Shown here: positions 7,662-16,200 of the stretch, one piece after another
Layout of the letters: each line of letters begins with the position of its first letter
How positions within the stretch are numbered: position 1 is the stretch's first letter
Program-made: the position numbers and the translations under genes
The notes under the pieces: generated by a model
What the model saw: only the letters and a program-made list of their open reading frames with translations
What the model was told of the DNA's origin: nothing
Database searches by the model: none
DNA from: Minisyncoccia bacterium
GTDB taxonomy: Bacteria; Patescibacteriota; Minisyncoccia; Phycocordibacterales; PALSA-1337
Length of the DNA stretch: 39,635 nucleotides
Direction of reading: 5' to 3'
NCBI GenBank assembly: GCA_038211765.1
Contig: JBBQVG010000002.1
Span: forward strand, 1-39,635

Positions 7662-8660
7662 ATGAAAAACTCAGAACGTGGTATCGTAGCCGGCGCACTT
7701 CTGGTGGTAGTAGCCCTAGCCTTTATAACTGGCGCACTCTACATATACGGAAAATCCATAAAGCGTTCAGCAGATGATGACTTACTTCGCCGTGCGCAGG
7801 ATAACCTAAACTCAGGACAAGTTCCCCGCACAGCTTTGGAGCTCTACGCTCAACTAGCCTGGGAAAAGGCTCGCCTGCAGATGGAGACAGACAAACTCAA
7901 CCAACTCAAAGCCGAAGCTATCACTGCAGCACTAAGTGATGTGTACGACGGTGTAGGCAGAGTATTTGATACCAGTGAAATCAAAGTAAAGAACACCGAA
8001 CTGCAAAAGCAGATCGACACAGTGCGTGCGCAGATAAATAAAATTCTAGATTCATGGCAGACACTTGTGGCCGCTGGTGGAGGAGCCAGTGGTGCACTTC
8101 ATGATGCTATCAAAAAAGATACGCCGAACATTGACGTTTATATCGAACAGCTCAAAGAAATTATCAACAAGCTCACACCCGGAAACTCTGGCCTTACACG
8201 GGAAGAGATTGATGCTCTCAAAAAAGGCTTAGGAGAAGCTTCTGGCGCAGTCCATGATGGTGAGAACAACCTACACAATGCTGAAACAGGCAACCCTCCT
8301 GGAACAGTTGCGGACAATAATGGTGGGACCCAGGATAACAATACAACTCCTCCAGGCGGCGGCACCAACCCCCCCGCTTCGGATCCGATCAAAGAGCAGG
8401 AGAAGGTAGTCGAAGATGCAAAAAAAGATGTCGATGACACACAAAAAGAGATCGACCAGCTCCCACCCTCTCCACAACCATCTCCAGGTTCTTATGTCCC
8501 GCCTGTATACACTCCTTACAGCGGGGCACAATACTATGATACAGACACAGTCATCAAGAGTACCTCGGGTCAGATCATCTATCCTCCAGACCCTGCACCT
8601 ATCCGCAACGTGAAAAATTACGGTGGCCCGGGACTGATCGAAGGGGAGAACAATAACTAA
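7662..8660 (+). CDS. membrane-anchored coiled-coil / Pro-rich surface protein (hypothetical)
   Basis: ATG 7662 gives an N-terminal TM helix (GIVAGALLVVVALAFITGALYIY). Heptad-like stretches follow, then a G/N/T/P-rich and PPSPQPSPGSYVPPVYTPY tail. No family recognised. Confidence 0.65.
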   Translation: MKNSERGIVAGALLVVVALAFITGALYIYGKSIKRSADDDLLRRAQDNLNSGQVPRTALELYAQLAWEKARLQMETDKLNQLKAEAITAALSDVYDGVGRVFDTSEIKVKNTELQKQIDTVRAQINKILDSWQTLVAAGGGASGALHDAIKKDTPNIDVYIEQLKEIINKLTPGNSGLTREEIDALKKGLGEASGAVHDGENNLHNAETGNPPGTVADNNGGTQDNNTTPPGGGTNPPASDPIKEQEKVVEDAKKDVDDTQKEIDQLPPSPQPSPGSYVPPVYTPYSGAQYYDTDTVIKSTSGQIIYPPDPAPIRNVKNYGGPGLIEGENNN

Positions 8661-8747
8661 TACATAATCCCAATCTACAAATACGACGCAATCCGAATAC
8701 TACAAATGAATATAGATTAGGATTACTATATGCAATTTTGTTTTTTG

Positions 8748-8756
8748 TGATATATT
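8748..8756 (+). promoter_or_regulatory. extended -10 box TGaTATATT, 7 nt upstream of ATG 8764 (leaderless candidate)
   Basis: Read directly. Confidence 0.45.
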
Positions 8757-8763
8757 CACACTC

Positions 8764-9777
8764 ATGAGTATTTTCTCTCCAAAGCTGGGAATCGACCTCG
8801 GCACCGCAAACACGCTCGTCTTTATGCCTAAGAAGGGCATCGTTCTCAATGAGCCCTCAGTAGTGGCAATCTCACAGATAGACAAAAAAGTCTTGGCTGT
8901 CGGCAATGACGCCAAAGAGATGATAGGCCGTACACCGGACACCATCGTTGCCTATCGTCCCATGAAAGACGGTGTTATCGCAGACTATCGCATCACAGAG
9001 GTCATGCTCCGATACTTCATAGACAAGGCTTTGGGCAGATTTACTCTTTTCAAACCTGACATCATGGTCTCCGTCCCAGCAGGTATAACCTCTACTGAGC
9101 GTCGTGCTGTCATAGAAGCAACTATAAGGGCTGGTGCAAAAAATGCATACGCCGTGAAGGAGCCTATACTGGCCGCTATAGGGGCCGGTATTCCTATCCA
9201 GGAAGCCCGTGGACACATGGTTGTCGACATTGGTGGAGGGACCACCGATGTGGCGGTGATCTCACTCGGAGGCATCGTTGCGTCAACTTCAGTCAAATGC
9301 GCAGGCAATCGCATAGACGCCGCTATTGCTGATTATATGAAAAAAACTTTCAACTTGGCTATAGGGGATCATATGGCGGAAATCATCAAGATCAATATCG
9401 GCTCCGCTATCCCTCTCGACCCTGAACTTTCGATGATAGTCAAAGGCCGTGACTTTATCTCCGGACTACCTCGTTCAACCGAGATCAAGACCAATGAAAT
9501 AGTCAAAGGTATTTCCAAGGAGCTCCGTGACATGATCAAAGCCATCAAAGACGTACTCCAAGAAACTCCACCGGAACTGGCTGCAGACATCATCGACCAG
9601 GGCATCATCATGACGGGGGGTTCTTCGATGCTCCGCAATCTCCCTGAACTGGTATTTCGTCGTACTGGTGTAAAGGCAGTTTTGGCCGAAGATGCACTCC
9701 TCTGTGTCGCAAAGGGAACTGGTATCGCACTCGACCATCTGGATGTTTACAAGAAGACGATAACCAGCAAGAGATAG
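8764..9777 (+). CDS. mreB: rod shape-determining actin homolog MreB (stand-alone paralog)
   Basis: GIDLGTANTLVF..GIVLNEPSVVAI, VVDIGGGTTDVAVISLGGIV and GIIMTGGSSMLRNL. 337 aa. Confidence 0.9.
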   Translation: MSIFSPKLGIDLGTANTLVFMPKKGIVLNEPSVVAISQIDKKVLAVGNDAKEMIGRTPDTIVAYRPMKDGVIADYRITEVMLRYFIDKALGRFTLFKPDIMVSVPAGITSTERRAVIEATIRAGAKNAYAVKEPILAAIGAGIPIQEARGHMVVDIGGGTTDVAVISLGGIVASTSVKCAGNRIDAAIADYMKKTFNLAIGDHMAEIIKINIGSAIPLDPELSMIVKGRDFISGLPRSTEIKTNEIVKGISKELRDMIKAIKDVLQETPPELAADIIDQGIIMTGGSSMLRNLPELVFRRTGVKAVLAEDALLCVAKGTGIALDHLDVYKKTITSKR

Positions 9778-9829
9778 GATTGTAGAAATGGCCGTTTCTC
9801 ATGACCGTATTTACATGTACAATACGGTC

Positions 9830-10513
9830 ATGTCGCTCAGAGACCATCTCAAAACTCTATCACATCATGCCTACTGTATCCCCGGCGACCCGACTATTTG
9901 CCTAGAATTAAAAACTATCCTGGAAAGTGAGCATTCTATCCCTTCCCAGGCCAATCCTGACTTTTATGAACAGACGTTTCAATCATTTACTATCGATGAT
10001 GCACGCAACCTGAAAGCACTCCATGAAACCCGCCCTATCGGTCCGACAGGCCGAAAGATCTTTATTATTTCAATGAATGGGATTACCAGTGAAGCACAAA
10101 ATGCCTTACTCAAACTTTTAGAGGAACCTTCTGATTATGCCCATTTTTTTCTCATACTTCCATCAGCTCATTTACTCCTACCTACAGTCAAATCTCGCAT
10201 GCGGATGATTGCGATCGACGCTGATACAAAAGTAAATGAAGAAATTACCGAGGAAGCACAGAAATTTCTCAAGATGTCAGGGGCAAAGAAGCTAGATTTT
10301 ATCAAAAAACTCATAGACGATATCTCAAAAGAAAAGAAGGTGCGGCAGGATGCTGTTGATTTTCTAGATGCTGTTGAGAGTGAAATCTATTTAGAGAAAA
10401 AACTTAAGAAAAATCTACAAGCTCTGGAATCAATCGCCTTTACCAAAAAATATATCTACGATCGCGCCCCCTCAGTCAAAATGCTTCTGGAATATGTGGC
10501 ACTCAATCTCTAG
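9830..10513 (+). CDS. holB: DNA polymerase III delta-prime-like clamp-loader subunit (short)
   Basis: AQNALLKLLEEP and LLPTVKSRMRMI clamp-loader motifs. Start is uncertain: in-frame ATGs at 9788, 9815 and 9830, all in or next to a 33-nt palindrome. Confidence 0.7.
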   Translation: MSLRDHLKTLSHHAYCIPGDPTICLELKTILESEHSIPSQANPDFYEQTFQSFTIDDARNLKALHETRPIGPTGRKIFIISMNGITSEAQNALLKLLEEPSDYAHFFLILPSAHLLLPTVKSRMRMIAIDADTKVNEEITEEAQKFLKMSGAKKLDFIKKLIDDISKEKKVRQDAVDFLDAVESEIYLEKKLKKNLQALESIAFTKKYIYDRAPSVKMLLEYVALNL

Positions 10514-10645
10514 TTCACTTTATATCATATATGATATATCCAGTTGGCACGATTACCGCGACTTCGCCGGTTAGAGTTGCGTTGTATACTGGCGTATCGG
10601 AAAATCGGTACCTTTCTCGCTTCTCAGGATGGGTCTCACTTTATA

Positions 10646-10654
10646 TGATATAAT
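10646..10654 (+). promoter_or_regulatory. extended -10 box TGaTATAAT upstream of frr
   Basis: Consensus TATAAT with an upstream TG, 47 nt before ATG 10702. Confidence 0.5.
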
Positions 10655-10701
10655 CGGTTCATTAACAACATTTACTCAGCTTTCATTATCACAACCTATC
10701 T

Positions 10702-11253
10702 ATGTCCTACGACTTCAATTCATTCAAAAAAACCCTATCCGCAACAGAAGAGTGGCTAAAAAAAGAGTTTCAGCAGATCCGCACAGGACAGGCATCGCCA
10801 GCCATTCTAGATAGCGTCAAAGTAGACTCATATGGAACTATTATGGGCATCAAAGAAGTAGCGAGCGTCACTATCGAAGGGGCTCGCAGTATCCGTATAA
10901 CACCTTGGGATGCCGCCCAGTCAAAAGAGATCGAGAAATCCATCAGTCTTGCAAATCTCGGTCTTTCTACTGCCGTAGATGACCAGGGCGTTCGTGTGAC
11001 TTTCCCTGAGCTTACGGCTGACCGCCGTACCCAGATAGCCAAGCTCGCCAAGGATAAGCTCGAGGAAGGGAAGAAGCAGGTTCGACATAACCGCGATGCC
11101 ATCATCAAAGATCTTCAGACAAAGGAGAAGGAAGGTGGGTATGGAAAAGATGAAATCTTCCGTCTGACAAAAGAAACTCAAAAGTTTGTGGACGACGCCA
11201 ACAAAAAGCTCGACGAGATGTATACGAAGAAGGAAAAGGATATACTCAACTGA
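10702..11253 (+). CDS. frr: ribosome recycling factor
   Basis: IRTGQASPAILDSVKVDSYG, ITPWD and LTADRRTQIAKLAK. 183 aa. Confidence 0.95.
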   Translation: MSYDFNSFKKTLSATEEWLKKEFQQIRTGQASPAILDSVKVDSYGTIMGIKEVASVTIEGARSIRITPWDAAQSKEIEKSISLANLGLSTAVDDQGVRVTFPELTADRRTQIAKLAKDKLEEGKKQVRHNRDAIIKDLQTKEKEGGYGKDEIFRLTKETQKFVDDANKKLDEMYTKKEKDILN

Positions 11254-11308
11254 CGACTCCGCGGCTGTACTTGCAATTTACTACTCAAATCTTCATACTT
11301 GATCCAAC

Positions 11309-12394
11309 ATGTTCACAGTAATTATTTTTATTCTCGTACTTGCCGTCCTTATATTTGTTCATGAATTGGGGCATTTCATTGCCGCCCGACTCTTTGGTAT
11401 TCGAGTAGATGCCTTTGCCCTCGGTTTTGGACCAAAAGTTTTTTCATGGACACGTGGAGAGACAAAGTACGGACTCAACCTCATCCCATTTGGGGGATAC
11501 GTAAAAATCTTTGGTGAAAACCCAGACGATGACTCTACTCACGGCCCAGATGCAAAGAGAAGTTTTGTACACAAAGCAAAGTGGAAGCAAATCATAGTCC
11601 TTGCGGCCGGCGTTTTTTTCAATTTTGTATTTGCATGGCTACTTTATGTCATCACCTTTGTCGGAGGAGTGACGGCCACCACCAGCGGGTTCGAACAATA
11701 CGCTGATCGATTCCAAAACGAACGGGTCATGATCAGCTTTGTTTCTCCAGATTCACCTGCAGAAAAAGCCGGACTCAAACTTGGCGACATAATCAAAAAT
11801 GTCGGCACTGCCAAGAGTATCGAGGAAATCCAGAGTACCGTGAACAACAGCAAAGGAAATCCCGTGGAGATAGATATAGCCAGAAAAGGGCAGGGCTCGC
11901 AGATCACAGTTTCTCCAACACAAGAACTGGTTGAAGGAAAGTATGCCATCGGTATTGCGATGGAGAATGTCGGTGACCTGAAGCTTCCTTTTTTTGCCGC
12001 AATAAAAGAGGGTACCAATTATTTTGGTGTGATGTTTTCAGGCACGGCAGGGGGACTCTGGGATTTCTTTAGTTCGATATTCAAGGGCACAGCCAACTTT
12101 TCCGAAGTTTCCGGACCAGTAGGTATTGCCACTATCGTCGGTGATTCTGCTCAACTGGGCATCGCATATCTCATGATGATCACGGCACTTATCTCTATAA
12201 ATCTCGGCATTATTAACCTTGTACCATTCCCAGCACTCGACGGTGGCCGTATCTTCTTTATTATCATCGAATCTATCATTCGCCGCCGTATCCCTGCAAA
12301 ATTTGCAAACACAGTCAACGCTGTCGGTTTTACGCTCCTGATGATCCTTATGGTTGTGGTAACTTATAAGGATGTGGTGAAACTGATTTGGTAA
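11309..12394 (+). CDS. rseP: RIP site-2 zinc metalloprotease (M50, RseP family)
   Basis: HELGHF near the N-terminus, a central PDZ-like segment (SPAEKAGLKLGDII) and NLVPFPALDGG. Confidence 0.9.
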   Translation: MFTVIIFILVLAVLIFVHELGHFIAARLFGIRVDAFALGFGPKVFSWTRGETKYGLNLIPFGGYVKIFGENPDDDSTHGPDAKRSFVHKAKWKQIIVLAAGVFFNFVFAWLLYVITFVGGVTATTSGFEQYADRFQNERVMISFVSPDSPAEKAGLKLGDIIKNVGTAKSIEEIQSTVNNSKGNPVEIDIARKGQGSQITVSPTQELVEGKYAIGIAMENVGDLKLPFFAAIKEGTNYFGVMFSGTAGGLWDFFSSIFKGTANFSEVSGPVGIATIVGDSAQLGIAYLMMITALISINLGIINLVPFPALDGGRIFFIIIESIIRRRIPAKFANTVNAVGFTLLMILMVVVTYKDVVKLIW

Positions 12395-12491
12395 CTATAC
12401 TCAAGCTATTTATTCTTTGTATCATCTATACTTCAAAAATAATCCTACCCGTATCATTGAATAGCCTTGCAATTTCCTGTATCATTGCGGA

Positions 12492-13727
12492 ATGAAACAA
12501 TCAACCCTCTTCACCCGCACTCGCCGTGAAGCTCCAAAAGACGAAGTTGCAAAGAATGCCCAGCTTCTTATACGTGCAGGATTCATCCACAAAGAAATGG
12601 CTGGGGCATATTCTTTTTTACCACTGGGGTTGCGAACGCTAAATAAGATAGTCCAGATTATTCGTGAAGAGATGAACTCTATCGGTGGACAGGAGATCCA
12701 CCTCACCGCTCTTCAGGAAAAGAAAATATGGGAAACCACCGGTCGCTGGGATGACGCGGTCGTAGACAACTGGTTCAAAACAGAACTCAAAAATGGCAGC
12801 AAAGTAGGCCTGGCTTTTACCCACGAAGAACCTCTCACAGCTCTGATGAAAGATCACATAAGCTCGTACAAGAATCTCCCTGCATCTGTCTATCAGTTCC
12901 AAACCAAGTTCCGCAACGAGGAACGTGCCAAATCGGGCATATTGCGTGGTCGCGAGTTCCTGATGAAAGATCTCTACTCATTCAATGCCGATGAAAAAAC
13001 TCATCAGGAGTTTTACGAAAAAGCATCTGCGGCCTATGTGCGCATCTTTGATCGCTTGGGCTTGGGGGCACAGACATACAAAACTTTTGCTAGTGGCGGA
13101 TCCTTTGCAAAATATTCTCATGAATTCCAAACCTTGACCGAAGCAGGCGAGGATACTATCTATGTTCATGAAGCAAAAAAGATTGCAGTCAATAAAGAGG
13201 TCTTGAACGACGAAGTCCTTACCGATCTTGGCATTGCCAGGTCTGACCTCGTCGAAAAGAAAGCCGTTGAGGTTGGTAACATCTTTAGTCTTGGGACACG
13301 TTTCTCTGATGCTTTCGGATTGAACTACAAAGACGAAGAAGGCAAGTCCAAGCCTGTTGTCATGGGAAGTTACGGTATCGGTCCTTCTCGTGTCATGGGT
13401 ACTATCGCCGAAGTCTGGGCGGACGAGGCTGGTCTTATCTGGCCCGAGTCTGTGGCGCCATTCAATATTCATCTTATTGCTCTCTTTGATAAAGACGAAA
13501 AAGTGAAGAAGGCCGCCGAAGACCTGTATGCAAAATTGGCAAAAGCGGGCAAAGAAGTCCTCTATGACGACCGCAGTGTCAGTGCCGGTGAAAAGTTTTC
13601 GGATTCCGATCTCATTGGGATTCCCAAAAGGATTGTGATCAGTGCCAAAACTCTTGAGAATAGTTCTGTTGAAACAAAAGACCGTGCAACAGGGAAGGTG
13701 GAAGTGGTGAAGATTATGGAATTGTAA
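12492..13727 (+). CDS. proS: prolyl-tRNA synthetase, minimal bacterial type without the INS editing domain
   Basis: MKQSTLFTRTRREAPKDEVAKNAQLLIRAGFI, motif 2 FRNEERAKSGILRGREFLMKD and an anticodon-binding C-terminus. Only 411 aa. Confidence 0.9.
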   Translation: MKQSTLFTRTRREAPKDEVAKNAQLLIRAGFIHKEMAGAYSFLPLGLRTLNKIVQIIREEMNSIGGQEIHLTALQEKKIWETTGRWDDAVVDNWFKTELKNGSKVGLAFTHEEPLTALMKDHISSYKNLPASVYQFQTKFRNEERAKSGILRGREFLMKDLYSFNADEKTHQEFYEKASAAYVRIFDRLGLGAQTYKTFASGGSFAKYSHEFQTLTEAGEDTIYVHEAKKIAVNKEVLNDEVLTDLGIARSDLVEKKAVEVGNIFSLGTRFSDAFGLNYKDEEGKSKPVVMGSYGIGPSRVMGTIAEVWADEAGLIWPESVAPFNIHLIALFDKDEKVKKAAEDLYAKLAKAGKEVLYDDRSVSAGEKFSDSDLIGIPKRIVISAKTLENSSVETKDRATGKVEVVKIMEL

Positions 13728-13832
13728 GGACAAGGAAAGACTTAGGCCTACAAACATAAGAAATAAAGCCATTATCCTCATAACAACCTAATCTTTTACT
13801 TTATTTGTCAATCCCTTCGAATTTGGGCCATG

Positions 13833-13841
13833 TGATAGAGT
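13833..13841 (+). promoter_or_regulatory. extended -10 box TGaTAGAGT, 10 nt upstream of ATG 13852
   Basis: Read directly. GTG 13843 is an alternative start. Confidence 0.35.
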
Positions 13842-13851
13842 TGTGTCATCT

Positions 13852-14928
13852 ATGGCTAAAGGAGACTTCACCAATAAAAAGAACAAATTTCTCAGCCGTT
13901 TTTCGAACGACATCGGTATCGATCTTGGAACAGCCAACACTCTCGTCTACGTCCGTGGCAAGGGTATCGTCGTCAACGAACCTTCAGTAGTTGCAGTCAA
14001 TCAAAAGACCGGCCAAGTAGTCGCGGTAGGAATGGTCGCAAAAAATATGCTAGGAAGAACTCCTGCGCATATCACCGCAATACGACCACTAGTGGACGGT
14101 GTGATCTCTGATTTTGAAGTAACAGAGGAGATGCTTGCTAACCTCATGAATCGAGCTGGAGAGTACATGCCAAAAAAGATGCTTGGCCCTCGAGTAGTGG
14201 TCGGTGTTCCTTCGGGAGTAACCAACGTTGAGGTTCGCGCGGTCCGTGATGCAACAAAAAATGCCGGAGCTCGCGAAGTCTATATTATTGAGCAACCGAT
14301 GGCGGGAGCGATCGGCATACGCTTGCCTGTACATGACCCAGTCGGCTCCATGATCATCGATATTGGCGGGGGGACAACCGATATCGCTGTGATTTCACTC
14401 GGTGGTATCGTTCGATCAAAGAATTTGAAGATAGCCGGCGATAAGCTCAATAACGATATTATTTCCTACATTCGTAACGAATTTAAGATTTTGATCGGTG
14501 AAACAACGGCGGAACATGTGAAAATGACTGTAGGAAACGTTATTTCAGGAGAACCTCTTGAGACAACTATCCGAGGGAGAGACCTTATTACTGGTTTACC
14601 ACGCGAAGTTGTCATTACCGACTCCGACATCCGCGAGGCTATCGGTCAGTCCATAGACATACTGGTGGAGGCTTCGAAGGAAGTACTCGAAACCACTCCA
14701 CCAGAGATACTTTCTGATGTCATGAAGCGCGGGGTTCATCTCGTTGGTGGTGGAGCATTGATCAAAGGTCTCAATATTTTGTTACAAGACGCACTAAAGA
14801 TTCCTGTGACAGTGGCTGATGAACCATTGACCGCTATTGCCCGCGGGGCTGGTATCATCCTCGAGGACATCGACTATTATCGGTCTGTACTTATAGAAAG
14901 CGACGATGACATATCTTCAGCCACGTAA
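13852..14928 (+). CDS. mreB: rod shape-determining protein MreB (operonic copy)
   Basis: GIDLGTANTLVYVRGKGIVVNEPSVVAV and IIDIGGGTTDIAVISLGGIV. Followed by mreC and mreD. Confidence 0.9.
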   Translation: MAKGDFTNKKNKFLSRFSNDIGIDLGTANTLVYVRGKGIVVNEPSVVAVNQKTGQVVAVGMVAKNMLGRTPAHITAIRPLVDGVISDFEVTEEMLANLMNRAGEYMPKKMLGPRVVVGVPSGVTNVEVRAVRDATKNAGAREVYIIEQPMAGAIGIRLPVHDPVGSMIIDIGGGTTDIAVISLGGIVRSKNLKIAGDKLNNDIISYIRNEFKILIGETTAEHVKMTVGNVISGEPLETTIRGRDLITGLPREVVITDSDIREAIGQSIDILVEASKEVLETTPPEILSDVMKRGVHLVGGGALIKGLNILLQDALKIPVTVADEPLTAIARGAGIILEDIDYYRSVLIESDDDISSAT

Positions 14929-15679
14929 CCCAAAGAGTAGAGTTTCAGGACTGCTCATCACCGCAGGCATCATCCTTATTATTGTAGTTGGGATACAATT
15001 TTTATTTCCTCACCTGATGCCTGGTTTTTTTACATCAATTACGCGACCATTCTGGCGTATGGAATTTGCCTTACAAAGCGGCTCGCTCAACTCTCCTGCA
15101 TCTCTTCTTCTGCAAAAAGAGGAACTCAAACGGGAACTCGAGGCTGCTGACGTCCGACTCCAATCAGTAAAAGCTCTTGAGGCAGAAAATACAGAGCTCA
15201 AGACTACACTCGGCAGGGCAACGAGTACTCCTCGTATTTTGGCAGCTGTTCTCAGACGCCCGCCACTTGCTGCCTATGACGAACTCATCATAGATATTGG
15301 ACGAGACTATGCCATAGCAAGCGGCACCGTAGTATATAGTCCCGAACGTATCCGCATCGGCACCATCACGGATGTTTTAGGTCAAACTTCAAGAGTAAAA
15401 CTTCTTTCTTCACCTGGAGAGAGATATGAAGTACTGATAGGTTCGAACAAAGAGCCCGCCACTGCTGTAGGAAGAGGCGGGGGGCAATATGAAGCGAAGG
15501 TGCCTCAAGAATCTTTTATTTCCGAAGGAGATATGGTCATCAGTCCATCACTAAATGAAGCGCCCTTTGGCGTGGTTACTGCCAAAGTTTCAGACCCAGC
15601 AGAGCCATTTACCAAAATACTTTTTGCCCCAATGGTAAATATCTACAAGTTGAGGTGGGTGTTGGTAGATAAAATATAA
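14906..15679 (+). CDS. mreC: rod shape-determining protein MreC
   Basis: N-terminal TM, a coiled coil (LKRELEAADVRLQSVKALEAENTELK) and a C-terminal beta-rich domain. Overlaps the mreB 3' end. Confidence 0.8.
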   Translation: MTYLQPRNPKSRVSGLLITAGIILIIVVGIQFLFPHLMPGFFTSITRPFWRMEFALQSGSLNSPASLLLQKEELKRELEAADVRLQSVKALEAENTELKTTLGRATSTPRILAAVLRRPPLAAYDELIIDIGRDYAIASGTVVYSPERIRIGTITDVLGQTSRVKLLSSPGERYEVLIGSNKEPATAVGRGGGQYEAKVPQESFISEGDMVISPSLNEAPFGVVTAKVSDPAEPFTKILFAPMVNIYKLRWVLVDKI

Positions 15680-15732
15680 TACGAATCTACCCAGTAGGTG
15701 ATCCTGCTGAATCACGAATAATCGCAATCCTA

Positions 15733-15993
15733 ATGCCACGAATAATCACAAGGGTAATTATTGATCTACTGATGTTTCTCTGCGTTATGCAAGGCTGGTG
15801 GTTTGCTGCTCTGCCGCTTGGAATAGTGGGGGCACTGATGTTTCCTTTCTTTATTGAACTTGTCATAGCTGGTGTGGTCTATGATGCGCTTTTTGGATTT
15901 GCCGAGGGACAAGGGTTTGTGGGGTATGTGGGGACAGTTGTTTCGGTGGCGTTTATTTTTGTTGTAGTTTTTGTGAAAAAGATGATGAGGTAG
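15733..15993 (+). CDS. small polytopic membrane protein at the mreD position
   Basis: 86 aa, almost entirely hydrophobic. The assignment rests on position only, and it is much shorter than typical MreD. Confidence 0.45.
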   Translation: MPRIITRVIIDLLMFLCVMQGWWFAALPLGIVGALMFPFFIELVIAGVVYDALFGFAEGQGFVGYVGTVVSVAFIFVVVFVKKMMR

Positions 15994-16163
15994 GTAATCG
16001 AGAAACTGCCGATCGATTGCTGGAATGGAAAGTATCTGATATTGTATACATACAAAACGCCTTGGGAGTAATCCTTCAGGCAGATCACCTCAAAGAGGTG
16101 ACAAATTATGGCCAGCCAGGGCTCGCCACTTCTCAATAAATCGAGAGGAGGGTAAATAAGGAG

Positions 16164-16200
16164 AAGCTAGCGGAGATTAATTTCGCTAGCTTTCTTCTTT
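16164..16200 (+). terminator. hairpin terminator after the mre operon (overlaps the 3' end of the toxin pseudogene)
   Basis: AAGCTAGCG (16164..16172) pairs with CGCTAGCTT (16184..16192), followed by TCTTCTTT. Confidence 0.5.

Noticed and set aside
12978-13781. 267-aa ORF on the minus strand.
   Set aside because: It lies entirely antisense to proS, whose class II synthetase motifs are unambiguous. The translation is low-complexity with no recognisable motif, so it is a shadow ORF.
15994-16166. Possible antitoxin or small ORF between the mreD-position gene and the toxin pseudogene (open frame ...RETADRLLEWKVSDIVYIQNALGV...; also minus ORF 15879..16136).
   Set aside because: The plus frame has no start codon. 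The minus ORF overlaps the membrane gene. Neither shows a recognisable antitoxin fold (no RHH, AbrB or HTH signature).
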